Assembly (NCBI GenBank): GCA_000002445.1
Contig: CP000066.1
Coordinates: forward strand, 576,001 to 640,000
Direction: 5' to 3'
Source of the DNA: Trypanosoma brucei
Taxonomy: Eukaryota
DNA length: 64,000 bases
The position numbers were made by a program, and so were the translations under genes. Of the stretch, positions 9,394 to 18,908 are shown one piece after another. The first letter of the stretch is position 1. The number at the start of each line of letters is the position of its first letter. The notes under the pieces are model-generated. The model was not told the origin of the DNA. It saw nothing but the letters and a program-made list of their open reading frames with translations, and searched no databases.

Positions 9394-11857
9394 CTGCCGG
9401 CAGACAGCCCGATAACAAACTTTTGTGAAAGCGAGTGAAAATTAAAAAAGGCAGGTTTTTTCTTTTTAATGAGACACAGCGGTATATTGCAAGGTGTAAG
9501 CAATCCCCTACCCCCCCCCCCATCTTAACAGGTGGAGTGCGCAGCTATATACACGCACACATATGTGCATATCCATGCCCGAAAAAGGCAAATAATCCTA
9601 GAGTCGCGGGCGCGCACGAAGAAACAGGTCTGGAAGCTTCCAAAACAACGTGCCAGTAGACAGCATACAATAGAGCAACAAAACGATAGCAGACAACTCT
9701 ACACGTTGTCTTCAAGGAAGGTTTCCACACTTCTGCAAAGCAGACAAGAGGAAATCGAAAGTGACAGGACCGAAAAGGGTTAATAAACCCAAAACACCAG
9801 TACAGCCAGCCCACCCACTGTCCGCCAAAACGGGACCACTGTCTAATGAAATTTAGACATCTGCAGACCCTCAGAAAACTACGGCCCCAAATTCCTCAGT
9901 AGTAGATGCGACCTTTTATCCCCGAAATAAATTTAAAAAGTGGAGGATAGCGCATACAATACTTACCATTTCCCCCAGCCAAACTTCCCGATGCGAAAGT
10001 CTGAGGACCCGCAGGGAACGGCACTGCACTCTGTCCTCTTTCTCAAATTGAAGGACGGAACAAGATGTTAGTAGACAGAATGATAGTTGTCCGGTTCTGT
10101 GGCTTTTCGGGAAACCGATAAATGACATTATTGAAGGAATGGCAGGATGATTTGAAAAATCGACCGTAAAAAAAAAAGAAAGAAACTACTGAGACATCTG
10201 GCGTTCGAAAGCTGGCCATCTCGGAACGAACGCAAGGCAGTGCGACTATACAGATGTCGGGGTGCTGCCACTAAACCTAAGAAACGCTACAGCATCTGCG
10301 AAAAGAAAGGGAATGAAAAGGCCAGAACTGTTAGCCCTCATGCCAAAGGTTGCGGTTGCCCCTAGAAACATCTTAGCTTAGGGGGGCCAAGCTTCGGTAC
10401 TGCACTCAACCGCCATCAGCCACAGCTGCATATGTTTTGTTGGTTATTTAAGCCTAGTGGTGCGTGTCGCAAAGCCCTTTTAGGCTTCCAGCTTCCATTG
10501 CCTGGGATATGCCCCTTATTTCTGAGAAGCATGGCGCGAGTCTGGTAACATTCCCAAATAATCAACAACGGCAAGACGACGTGCACAACACCCGTCTGCT
10601 GAGCGAGAGTGTGATTATAATAAAGAGGGCGGGCCAAATAACTCTGCTTGTGGAATCGCCCCCATGGAAGCCTCCTAGGGTGCCAGCGTCCCTCCAAGGT
10701 CGACCCGTTCTACGTTTGTTGTTTTTTTTTTCCTGGTTGGCAGCCGTGATTTTAGTTGCGTTTTCACATACACTGAACGGCGGCAGTGCAAGTGCAATGG
10801 CCAAGCGTCCGGATACACACAACTCTGTTTAATTACTTACAATCACCGTTCATGCAATACCGTTTTGTTTTTTTTTTGTGGGGAGAGGGTAACGGCCAAC
10901 AGTGACTCGAAGACGCAGCGCATGTTTGCACTTGCCTATCACAGTTTGCGCGTGTTTTGGTGCTGCCCGCGACACTCCATTTGCCTTGTCCGACAGTTCC
11001 TTGAACAAACTAGGCGTTTGGGGGCGAGATATTCTCAGGACGGTCCCTTCTAGCATGCAAGATTGCCCGTCCAAGCTTGACGCCGCGCTGGTGCAGCTTT
11101 CCCCTCCCACGCGCGCCGCCATTTCCGGGGTTTCAATCCTGTAGGTGGAGGTGACCTTCCGCTACACTCGTCCAAGAGTCCGGTGCAAATCTGAGCGGGT
11201 TTCTGTGGGGCCGTTGGGCCCGCCGCCGCTATGTTTGGTTCACTGCCGGGAGGAAAGTGCCCCCCTCCCCTGTTGCGGGTGTTCGGTGGCCTTCGGGTCA
11301 GTAGTGCGAACTTCCCACCCGGGCTTTGGCGTGTTCCCCTGTTGTTGTCTTGACCGGGGAGGTTACGCTCCTCTGTGTGCGTGCGGTTGCCATTCCAATC
11401 TTTGTTTGAAGGCGAAGATCTGCCGCGGCCACTTCGCGATCCGCTGCTGCAATGGAAGTGAGAGTGGAAGATATTCTTAGCAATGATGTGGTCTTTCGCT
11501 GCCCCTCTTAGTACCACCTTCCTATTATGTTTTTTTTACCGCTATCAAAGACACGTTCTTCAATTGTCACGTCACATACGAAACTGTGTTTTTCGTGCGC
11601 GTGCACACGCACGCATGTAAAAGCTGAGTTTGCTGACATTGTAATGCATACACTTTTTTATTACACTATTTCCAGACGATGCATCCCAAAATAGAAACGT
11701 TTGATCGCGTGGCTGGTTAGTTGTTGATTGGGGCGATTTTGTGCTTCACGACGCTTCTTGTTATTTTTTATTTGTATGGCTATTGTGTGATTCTTTCTCA
11801 CTCTTTTTCCCTTTTTTTCTTTGTTTTCCCTGTCACTTATTCTTACGAACAGGGGGT
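9394..11857. promoter_or_regulatory. Divergent strand-switch region: a bidirectional pol II transcription start zone between the minus-strand and plus-strand units
   Basis: Gene orientation flips here, minus below 9393 and plus from 11858. There is 2.4 kb without a convincing ORF. It contains a GC-rich island at about 11040-11470 and a C11 run at 9511-9521. Confidence 0.6.
11760..11857 (+). promoter_or_regulatory. Polypyrimidine tract plus AG: SL trans-splice acceptor region for the first plus-strand gene
   Basis: The sequence ttatttgtatggctattgtgtgattctttctcactctttttccctttttttctttgttttccctgtcacttattcttacgaacag sits immediately 5' of the ATG at 11858. Confidence 0.45.
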
Positions 11858-13183
11858 ATGTCCGCCATAGAACAGGCTAACTTTCGCCTACAAGCAGGTT
11901 CCGAGTTAGTGGTTGTAGTGCCCTACAGCACCGAGCGTTGTTCCGCTACCTTAAAAGTGGTGTCTGGGGCCGGTGGCTTGGAGCCGCGGGTGGATGTGCT
12001 TGGCGCCCCAGTTATTGTAGATGTATCGTACAATCTTCCTCCTGGAATCACCTTTACAGTCTTTACATGGAGCAACGCTAACATTCGAATTGAAGGATCA
12101 AAACAACTCGTTCAGAACTGTTTTCGCTCAACAACCCATCCATTTGCCCGTTCCATTGTTGAGTACCACTGCTTAATTCATAACGCTCGTCTACTTGCTG
12201 ACAAACAGGGTTTGTTTGGACCGATGGTCCTTATATGCGGGCAAAATGACACTGAGAAGCATGCAATATCTAGGACTCTTAGCAGCTATGCCGCAAGAAC
12301 AGGATGGGCCCCTCAATTTGTTGATCTTGATTGTGGGATGGGTCAGTTATTAAGCACTCCGGGAACTGTTGCAGCATGTGTAAGTGAGTGTCCGATGACA
12401 TTAGACGAGGATACCAGCACTGGTCCCCTTTCGGTTGCTTTTTTCGTAGGCTCGACCGAACCGCAGGTAAAAGGTGTTTCTGGGGAGTGGAACATGTTTG
12501 CCCCTTATGTTCATTATTGCCGTTTGCTACTATCATGTGTAAGTGAGCGAATAGCAAGACACAAGGGCGGGGCTGGAGGATCTAGTGGTGCAATCATCGT
12601 GCTGCCTGAACTGAGAGGGAGCAATGGACTGCTTTTCGTCGTGGATATCATTCGTCAGTTCAACATTTCGCATATTCTATGCGTGGGTGACGATTTCCTC
12701 TTTTGTGGACTCCACGAGAGGATACCGAGGTTGCGTGAACATATGGCTTCGCGTGTTGGTGGGGATATTCGTCTTGATAAACTATCGGGATCGCCTCACT
12801 TTCCTTCGCCAGACACTCGAACCGAACGTCTTTCCTCCATAATGGAAAGATATTTTTTTGGTGGTGGTGCAGTCGATCTCCAACCTTCAGAAATTAATAG
12901 GCGGTATGCAAGCATTGAGATACTTCTCTTAAAGGAAGCTAACGGACAGGCGGTAGTTTCCCCAGTAGAGCAGGATGCACTAGAGGGAGTTGTTGGGTGC
13001 GTGGGGTCCTTGTTTGAGTCATCCGCCATTCATGAGAAAGGTGCTCTTTCTCTTGCCCCATTTGCTCTCGCGAGGGTGCAGGGGATCGACGCCAATGGAG
13101 TCAGCCTTCTTGTGAGCACGCACTCGGCAATTCCAGAGAGGCTAACCATGATCGTGGGAGCTTTCCGGTGGGTAACAAGTTAA
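11858..13183 (+). CDS. Clp1 homolog (pre-mRNA cleavage complex II / polynucleotide kinase family) with a degenerate Walker A motif
   Basis: PMVLICGQNDTEKHAISRTLSSYAARTGWAPQFVDLDCGMGQLLSTPGTVAA aligns with human CLP1 [57 protein letters not shown] matches VAVFTW and ERYFFG matches REYFYG. The start is the first in-frame ATG after the polyY/AG; the track's upstream start lies inside the polyY tract. Confidence 0.7.
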   Translation: MSAIEQANFRLQAGSELVVVVPYSTERCSATLKVVSGAGGLEPRVDVLGAPVIVDVSYNLPPGITFTVFTWSNANIRIEGSKQLVQNCFRSTTHPFARSIVEYHCLIHNARLLADKQGLFGPMVLICGQNDTEKHAISRTLSSYAARTGWAPQFVDLDCGMGQLLSTPGTVAACVSECPMTLDEDTSTGPLSVAFFVGSTEPQVKGVSGEWNMFAPYVHYCRLLLSCVSERIARHKGGAGGSSGAIIVLPELRGSNGLLFVVDIIRQFNISHILCVGDDFLFCGLHERIPRLREHMASRVGGDIRLDKLSGSPHFPSPDTRTERLSSIMERYFFGGGAVDLQPSEINRRYASIEILLLKEANGQAVVSPVEQDALEGVVGCVGSLFESSAIHEKGALSLAPFALARVQGIDANGVSLLVSTHSAIPERLTMIVGAFRWVTS

Positions 13184-13442
13184 TGAACAGGATATATTTT
13201 TTTGCTGTGCAATTCCACCCATTTACGACATCGTGAAACGGCCGAAGGGAGGGTTTGTACTATTTAACGTATTTGCAGACATTTCCTGGAGTGGATAACC
13301 ACACAAATGCCCACACATGTATGTGATCGTGTGGCCACTACTAACGCGCGATTGCTATTTTTACACTCCGGCTTTGAAGGAGGCTCTTTCTGCTTCTTGT
13401 CGAACTCTCTAATATTTCTGTAACCAAAGAGTTCAAAGCTTT

Positions 13443-15236
13443 ATGAACCCTTTATGCGAAATCATTAAGCTTAGCAGTCTTCGCGATGCTATGGTTGAGG
13501 AGCTAACGAAAATTATTAAGGGTCCCAAGTCAACTGAAAGTGATACGAAGGTGATTTATGCGTCTCCTAATATCCACTCAACATTGGGGACTATTTTTCC
13601 GACTGAAGAAACACTTCATAGTGGCCTTGGGGTATTGGGAATATTTCCGTTAGGTGTTGAAGCTGACATCGTAGAGGCAGACCGGGGTGTCTTCTTGGTG
13701 AATGCGGACATCGAATCACTTCGAAAGCTAGAGGGAACTTTGCTTAAATTCGCAGAGACAAACCCAAACGCCCCGCTCCATACCCTTTTTGTACCGAAAA
13801 AAACTGTTATGATTGAAGAAATAATGGAAAACAGTTTTCAGTCACTACTCTCTAACCCGAAGTTGCAAATAGAAGAGTTTGATTGGGACGCCTTCCCGCT
13901 AGATGATGACGTTGTGTCATTGGAATTGCCCCTTTCTTTTAGGCAGCTGGTGGGCGATGGAGATCCGACGGTTCTCTTCTTGTGTGCGAGAATGGTACTA
14001 AAGCTCCAGACATCGTTCTTTGGTTCAATACCCATAGTAAGAGGTCGGGGAGCACATGCAGCAAAAGTGGTTCATATGCTTAAGAGGATGCGCAGCGAAA
14101 TTGGCAGTGATTCTTTCGTAGCTGTGGCACCCAAGATCGAGTCTTTGCTTATTCTTGATAGGTCGGTGGATTTGTTAACACCGTCGCTCACCCAAATGAC
14201 TTATGAGGGTATCATAGACGAATTTTTCTCCATAAGCTCCGGGGGCGTCACTTTATCGTTTGACGTTGGCGAAGGTTCAAACCTGTGCACAGGTCAACGC
14301 ATTCACTTGTCTAACGACGACAAAGTATTCAAAGAGATCCGTGACAAGAACTACACCCATGTCGGGTCCGTTCTCCACAACAAGTCGGTTTGGATAAAGC
14401 AATGTTACGACAAGCGAAAGGAACTTCAGCAGCTCAAGGAACTCAAGGATTTTATGAAAGGGTTACCTGAAATGCAGGAAATGCATCGTTTAATTGGAGT
14501 CCACACAGCGATAGCAACAGAGATTGGAAAGAGGACGCAGACCATTGACTTTAGGCGGCGAATCGTCATAGAGCATTATATCTTACAGCAGACGAATGAA
14601 CGAGAAGTGTTTGAGTACATTGAAGAGCTCGCCAACGACAGCGCGCCGATGGAAGATGTTCTCAGACTTCTTTCTTTGTATTCAGTTATAAATGGAGGCT
14701 TGAAAGACAAATTTTACGATCATTTTAAACGGGTTCTGTTACTTTCATACGGTATTCCTTTTGCTATGGCCACGCTAATGTGTCTTGAACGATGTGGTTT
14801 GATAACAAAATACGATACGAAGCATTCAAATTATTCGTCACTACAGAAGCAATTTAAATTATGGACATCCGAATTACAGAATCAGCAGCAGAATGACTTA
14901 GCACTTCCATATGGCGGGTACGTGCCTCTCTCCGTACGACTGCTTGAAAAGGTGATAACTCATCCCGAGTCGTGGAGCACACCTGGGAGTATGGGAGAGT
15001 CCAGTCCTGATGAAAAAGTTGAAATTCGCTACAATGAAGAGACACCTGAAGGCCCACCGGTAACGATGTTTCTTCTTATTGGAGGTATCACACGCGCTGA
15101 GATAAGCGCAATAAGGCTCCTGCAGTCGAAGTTGGCCGATGCCGGTAATCCACGACGCATTGTCGTTGCGACGACAAGTATTGTGAATGGGGCTACAGTT
15201 ATAACTTCAGCACTGCCCTATCCTTTGGAAGAGTAG
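13443..15236 (+). CDS. VPS33 (Sec1/Munc18-family protein)
   Basis: [28 protein letters not shown] aligns with human VPS33A [44 protein letters not shown] aligns with [30 protein letters not shown] and [21 protein letters not shown] also match. Confidence 0.8.
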   Translation: [597 protein letters not shown]

Positions 15237-15329
15237 TGTACCGTTGCTGTGCTCACAAGTTTTTTTCTCCGGCGGCTAGTCGCGTTACCATAATTGTTTT
15301 TTTTTTAATTGCTGGAGGAAACAAGTGAT

Positions 15330-15398
15330 CAAATATATGAGGTTCATTGGCTTTCTTTTGTCCCTTCTCTTTTTTCTTTGAACACACTTTCTCTCCAG
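15330..15398 (+). promoter_or_regulatory. Polypyrimidine tract plus AG splice-acceptor region upstream of the J-protein gene
   Basis: The sequence ctttcttttgtcccttctcttttttctttgaacacactttctctccag sits immediately before the ATG. Confidence 0.4.
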
Positions 15399-16520
15399 AT
15401 GTCCGGGCCGCCTAAGCAGTGCTACTACGAGTTGCTTCAGGTTGACAGAAAAGCGTCATCAGAGGAAATACGCCAGGCATACAAGAAACAAGCACTCATT
15501 CACCACCCGGACAAGAACTATAGCAACGAACAAAGTACGATAGAAAAGTTCAAGGATATTCAAAATGCCTATGCCGTCTTAAGTGACCCTGATGAGCGTG
15601 CCTGGTATGATGCTCACCGAGAAAGCATACTAAATGGGGAGGACGCTGACAGTTCTCAGCATGAGGTTAACCTCTATTGCTACTTCACATCCAGGTGCTT
15701 CGATGGCTTTGACGATAACGAAGGAGGATTTTACTCTGTATATAGGAAGGTCTTCGACCAGCTTATCGAAGATGAAAGTGAGTATAGTTCAAATGCGAAA
15801 ACTTGGCCTCGTTTTGGTGACAGCGCGACGAGCTGGAGTTCTGTTTCCAAGTTTTACAGTCACTGGAGGAATTTCAGTTCCTGCAAGACGTTCGCGTGGA
15901 AAGATGAATATAAGGTGAATGAAATCCCTGACCGCGCATCTAGGAGAATGGCTGAAAGAATCAACCAAAAGCTGAGGACGTCGGCGAAAAAGGAGTACGT
16001 GCAAATTGTCCAGGGTTTGACTCGGTTTGTCCACCGTCGCGACCCTCGTGTGGCTGCGGAACTTACACGGCAGGAGGAAGAAAGACGACTGAAGGAAGAA
16101 GAGAGAGAAAAGAGGGAGCTTGAATGGGCGAAGAACCGTCGTGAAGCTAACGAGAAACTTTGGGCTGAAGCCGCTGAGAAGGAGGCCGAAGAGGAGCGGG
16201 CCAGAATTGAGCGGGGTGAGGCCCCCGATTCGTGCACTCTGGATCTTCTTTACGAGAAACAGAGGCAATGTGAAGAGGCGCGAAAGGTAAAAGGTGGGAC
16301 CAACTGTGGCTTTGCCATGTTGGAGGATGAGCATGAGGACAACTTACCCGAAAAGAAGCGTAGTTGTCCCGCGTGCAAGAAGCAGTTCAAAACTGATGCT
16401 CAGTACAAGGAACATGTGAACAGCAGCAAGCACAAAGCGAAGCTGCGGCAGCTGTCGGCAAAGGGTGTTGACATTGAAACCCTAATGAATGAGGAGAAAG
16501 ATATCAGTACCTGCGTGTAA
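15399..16520 (+). CDS. DNAJC21/Jjj1-type J-domain protein with a C-terminal C2H2 zinc finger (60S ribosome biogenesis co-chaperone)
   Basis: The J domain YYELLQVDRKASSEEIRQAYKKQALIHHPDKN has the HPD motif. AWYDAHRE, GGFYSVYRKVFDQL and FAWKDEY match human DNAJC21. The C-terminus has a charged coiled region and CPACKKQFKTDAQYKEHVNSSKHK (C2H2). Confidence 0.85.
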   Translation: MSGPPKQCYYELLQVDRKASSEEIRQAYKKQALIHHPDKNYSNEQSTIEKFKDIQNAYAVLSDPDERAWYDAHRESILNGEDADSSQHEVNLYCYFTSRCFDGFDDNEGGFYSVYRKVFDQLIEDESEYSSNAKTWPRFGDSATSWSSVSKFYSHWRNFSSCKTFAWKDEYKVNEIPDRASRRMAERINQKLRTSAKKEYVQIVQGLTRFVHRRDPRVAAELTRQEEERRLKEEEREKRELEWAKNRREANEKLWAEAAEKEAEEERARIERGEAPDSCTLDLLYEKQRQCEEARKVKGGTNCGFAMLEDEHEDNLPEKKRSCPACKKQFKTDAQYKEHVNSSKHKAKLRQLSAKGVDIETLMNEEKDISTCV

Positions 16521-16646
16521 AACATTTAATTGTATGCTTTCATAGTTCTTATCAAGTTTTTGGGCACTCGTTCTTTTCTACCCCTCCCCAACACACTGCC
16601 AGTATGCTCTACACCTGACCTCTACACTTATTTGTTTAAGTAACAA

Positions 16647-17252
16647 ATGCTCCACACAGTGAGCGAGTTGGCGATGCGCAGGTGTTTGTGCCTGCGTGGC
16701 TTTCGTCCTCAGGTGGCGGTAAGCGCCCTTGGCATTGATTTACGGAGTTGTGGCGTGCGCTTTTGCGCATCGAAGCCTCCTGGGATTCATTTGACTCAGC
16801 GTACGTCCGAGGGCCCGGTCAGCGATGACCCCAGGCGGGGTGCTGTGAGGAACAATATCGAGGAGTTGGTAAAGAATCTCTCAGAGGAGGACCAAAGATT
16901 AATTCTCAGCGCTCTGCAGGATCCAGAGGCGCAACCCAGTTCGAAGATGGGTGGCCCTGGAATAGGCACAAAAACAGGTGACATGGTTGCGGCGTTCACG
17001 TGTGGGCAGTGTGAACATCGTATGGTCAAGAGGTTTAGCAAACATGCTTACACAAAAGGTATTGTAATTGTTCAGTGTCCCTCTTGTGAAGTGCGACATC
17101 TACTCGCCGACAACCTTGGCTGGTTTGTGGATGGGGCCAAGAACGTTGAAGAAATGCTCCGCGAAAAAGGCGATTCTTTTATTCGTGTGGGTAATGATTA
17201 TCAAGTTGAACCGACTAGTGTTGGGACTGAGCGCGACGGTAATAATAACTGA
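16647..17252 (+). CDS. DNL-type zinc-finger protein (Zim17/Tim15/Hep1-like mitochondrial Hsp70 escort protein)
   Basis: AAFTCGQCEHRMVKRFSKHAYTKGIVIVQCPSCEVRHLLADNLGWF carries the tetracysteine DNL signature. The N-terminus MLHTVSELAMRRCLCLRGFR looks like a mitochondrial presequence. Confidence 0.8.
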   Translation: MLHTVSELAMRRCLCLRGFRPQVAVSALGIDLRSCGVRFCASKPPGIHLTQRTSEGPVSDDPRRGAVRNNIEELVKNLSEEDQRLILSALQDPEAQPSSKMGGPGIGTKTGDMVAAFTCGQCEHRMVKRFSKHAYTKGIVIVQCPSCEVRHLLADNLGWFVDGAKNVEEMLREKGDSFIRVGNDYQVEPTSVGTERDGNNN

Positions 17253-17474
17253 GTTTTCCTCCGTTTTCCCTTCCCACTCCCCTCTTTGGTTGTCAAACTA
17301 CCCGGTGAGGATACCAGATTTCACTAAAGCTACCCTGTTGAGACACTTGCTGGTTTGTATCCCCCTCAACATTTTATGCCGCACTTATACACTTCTCGTT
17401 AGGTTTTGGGGATACCTGCATCACCTGTAGCATAGTAGGACGATACACGTATATCAACGAGAAGTGTCACAAAG

Positions 17475-18377
17475 ATGAGTTACGAGATACAACCCATATT
17501 GAAGGGGACGAAACGCGACCCAGCAACGCGGAAGTACAACAGGGCAGCGGGAAAGGGTCCTTTTGGTGCCTTCCCCCCAGGCTACGCTCCCAAGCAGGAG
17601 AAGCCCAGCATCCCTATCGAGGGACCGGTAGCGGTGCAAGGTGTGCGCTTCGCGTATAAGGGAACCGTTCAGCGCACAGGTGGCACCACGACATCCTTGT
17701 ATAAGGGTCGCCAACAACATGAGAGTGCAGTCGCCTTTACTACCAACGGTGCCGGTGACAGCAAGCCACCCAAAGCGGGTGCATTCAAGCGTCGATTGAT
17801 ACCACCCACTGAGTTCCGTCGGTACTATGATCGTGGAGACTTGCCGTTGTCTGTTGCTCATGGAAACCGCCCCACTATTGACTGGAAGGTAGATGTGGAA
17901 AGGCTTGATTATCACCATTATCTTCCTATATTCTTTGATGGGATTCGTGAGACGGAGGAGCCGTATATGTTTCTTGCGAGACAAGGGTGTTTGGATCTGC
18001 TAAAGCGTGGTGGTCCCAAGATACTCCCAACAATCCCTCAGCTGATTATTCCCATAAAAACTGCTTTAAACACGCGGCACCCGGAGATCATTTGCGCAAC
18101 GCTTCGGATTCTTCAACAACTGATTGTCAGTGGTGATCTGATTGGTGAGGCCTTGGTTCCTTACTACCGTCAGATACTTCCTATGTTTAACCTCTTTAAG
18201 AGCCGCCACAAGAATCGAGCCCGTGGAGATGCCATTGATTTTGGACAAAGGAAGCGCGACGATGTCGGCGATTTGGTTATTGAGACACTTCAGCTGTTGG
18301 AGGTTCATGGTGGCGACGATGCGTATATCAACATCAAATATATGGTGCCGACGTATGAGAGCTGTATTTTCAGTTGA
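17475..18377 (+). CDS. PACRG: PACRG (Parkin co-regulated gene protein), an axonemal protein
   Basis: [57 protein letters not shown] and [13 protein letters not shown] are hallmark PACRG blocks. Confidence 0.85.
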   Translation: MSYEIQPILKGTKRDPATRKYNRAAGKGPFGAFPPGYAPKQEKPSIPIEGPVAVQGVRFAYKGTVQRTGGTTTSLYKGRQQHESAVAFTTNGAGDSKPPKAGAFKRRLIPPTEFRRYYDRGDLPLSVAHGNRPTIDWKVDVERLDYHHYLPIFFDGIRETEEPYMFLARQGCLDLLKRGGPKILPTIPQLIIPIKTALNTRHPEIICATLRILQQLIVSGDLIGEALVPYYRQILPMFNLFKSRHKNRARGDAIDFGQRKRDDVGDLVIETLQLLEVHGGDDAYINIKYMVPTYESCIFS

Positions 18378-18908
18378 GCAGCGTGATGCCGGAGGAACGT
18401 CGAGAAGAAAGAATGAGAAAAGATGCGTTTTTTGAAGTTAGAAAAGAAAGCTCACCCCAACTATTGGTTGATTTGTATTCAAAGGCCCCATGATGTCCTC
18501 ATGTAATTTAGATAAGCCTTTTGTTACATGCAGCTGAATACAGTGAAGAAAGCAGCGGATGAATTCCAGGAAGGGGGCGCTCTTCTTCATTTACACCAAG
18601 CAGATAATTTTGTTTTGTTTTGATAGAGTGGCTGCAAGGTGAAGCATACGGTGCTTACCACATAAACATGTACGATGTTCTCCATCAGGTGAAGGTATAG
18701 CCGTGTGCATATACGCAAGGTGTAATTGTGATCATTACCCTTGTATCTTCTTCACCCTTCCATTTACACCATTGTGTTTATATTTCTATCTAATTTATTC
18801 TGCCGTTCCTTTTATTACGCCTCCTTTGGTTACGTAAGTTGGTCGCTCCTTTCAGCGTATACCTCACGGCTGCTTTTTCATTGTGTTGGTTAGGCAAAAG
18901 GAGCATTA

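Noticed and set aside
11110-11135. ccggggtttcaatcctgta in the GC island, resembling a tRNA T-loop
   Set aside because: No complementary stem (ccggg is not paired by cctgt) and no other tRNA elements are present.
11050-11517. 155-aa and 111-aa ORFs in the GC-rich island of the divergent strand-switch region
   Set aside because: They are Arg/Gly/Pro-rich products of GC-rich sequence, lie on both strands, and have no splice-acceptor context. High GC inflates ORF length here.
15789-16334. 181-aa and 125-aa minus-strand ORFs inside the DNAJC21 gene
   Set aside because: They are low-complexity Ser/Leu-rich antisense translations of the charged coiled region and sit on the wrong strand for this unit.
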